NCBI GenBank assembly: GCA_965649765.1
Contig: OZ287748.1
Location: 76,012,001 to 76,076,000 of the forward strand
Direction: 5' to 3'
Origin: Bispira polyomma
Lineage: Eukaryota
Length of the DNA: 64,000 bases
Notes under the pieces: model-generated
What the model was told of the DNA's origin: nothing
Database searches by the model: none
Seen by the model: only the letters and a program-made list of their open reading frames with translations
Made by a program: the position numbers and the translations under genes
Shown here: piece after piece, positions 63,315 through 64,000 of the stretch
Numbering within the stretch: the first letter of the stretch is position 1
How the letters are laid out: the number at the start of each line of letters is the position of its first letter

Positions 63315-64000
63315 GTCGTTTCAGTGATGTGTTAGTTTCAAAAGGCAATACAAACCTGACTCAAATACTTTTTTTATCAAAATGTGATGTCGTAAGGAAA
63401 TCTACAGACAGATCGGCAATTTTCATGTACATTCATGTTCATTTATTGAGTTCTGCGAATAGCCACTTATGTATGCGTAAATGAGAGCAGGCCATTAGTT
63501 TCAGGAAAGAAGGGCCAAAGATGTCGTGACAGGAAAATAGGTTCACTCTGATATATTAGTAAACCTCAACGATTTTTAATTGGTTCCAACAAGATTAAGT
63601 GGCATATTACAGATGTGGTATAGCCAGGCCAAAGTTGTTTCTATTAGATATTTTAGATGAAATAATTTTTCAGTATAATAATATACTTTTTATGTTTTAG
63701 AACAAATAATTTTTCTGTTTATATATATAATACCGTTTTCATGTTTTACAGAAAATGATACTTCTTACACTAGAGAGGTAATGTTTTCGCCAGTGTCTGA
63801 TTGTTTGTTGCTAAATTATAGATAAACTGCCTAGCTGATGTATATGCAATTTGGTGGAGGAATTGGGCAGGGGCCAATGAAGAAGTGGATACAGTTAGGA
63901 CAGATCTCGCTTGTCAATATGTCAGTGTGGCTTCTTTGCTGAGATATGTGTGCTACTAAATAGTGTATATCTACTTGATTCAGTAATTTTCTAGTTAACA

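Overview
AT-rich animal genomic DNA, probably from a lophotrochozoan invertebrate (inferred from the receptor type and the SINE/HINE-like repeats). There is one clearly intact host gene: a single-exon class A peptide GPCR (FMRFamide/sex-peptide-receptor-like, 15278-16588, +). About 26.6-51.95 kb is a decayed, tandemly duplicated (~5 kb unit) minus-strand array of Toll-like-receptor-like pseudogenes (signal peptide, LRRs, LRR-CT, TM, TIR), apparently packed head-to-tail with only ~80-100 bp between ORFs. The second unit is expanded by nested insertions: a 5'-truncated L2/CR1-type LINE (33130-39913), a tyrosine-recombinase (YR) retrotransposon inside that LINE (33303-38507), and a structurally complete Ngaro-type YR retrotransposon with split direct repeats A1-gag-pol-YR-B1-A2-spacer-B2 (41577-48306). 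Read closely, the two YR elements show: (i) circle junctions that fold into imperfect hairpins resembling integron attC sites; (ii) ATG-poor YR ORFs preceded by phase-1 splice acceptors, matched by a phase-1 donor in the gag of element 1; (iii) different gag-pol recoding signals (-1 frameshift versus UAG-GGA readthrough); (iv) in element 2, an A2-B2 spacer that looks like a spliced transcription unit. The rest of the window is SINEs, MITEs, Helentron-like (HINE) elements, LINE 3' tails and tandem repeats. All alignments and translations were done by eye, so boundaries of decayed features are approximate.
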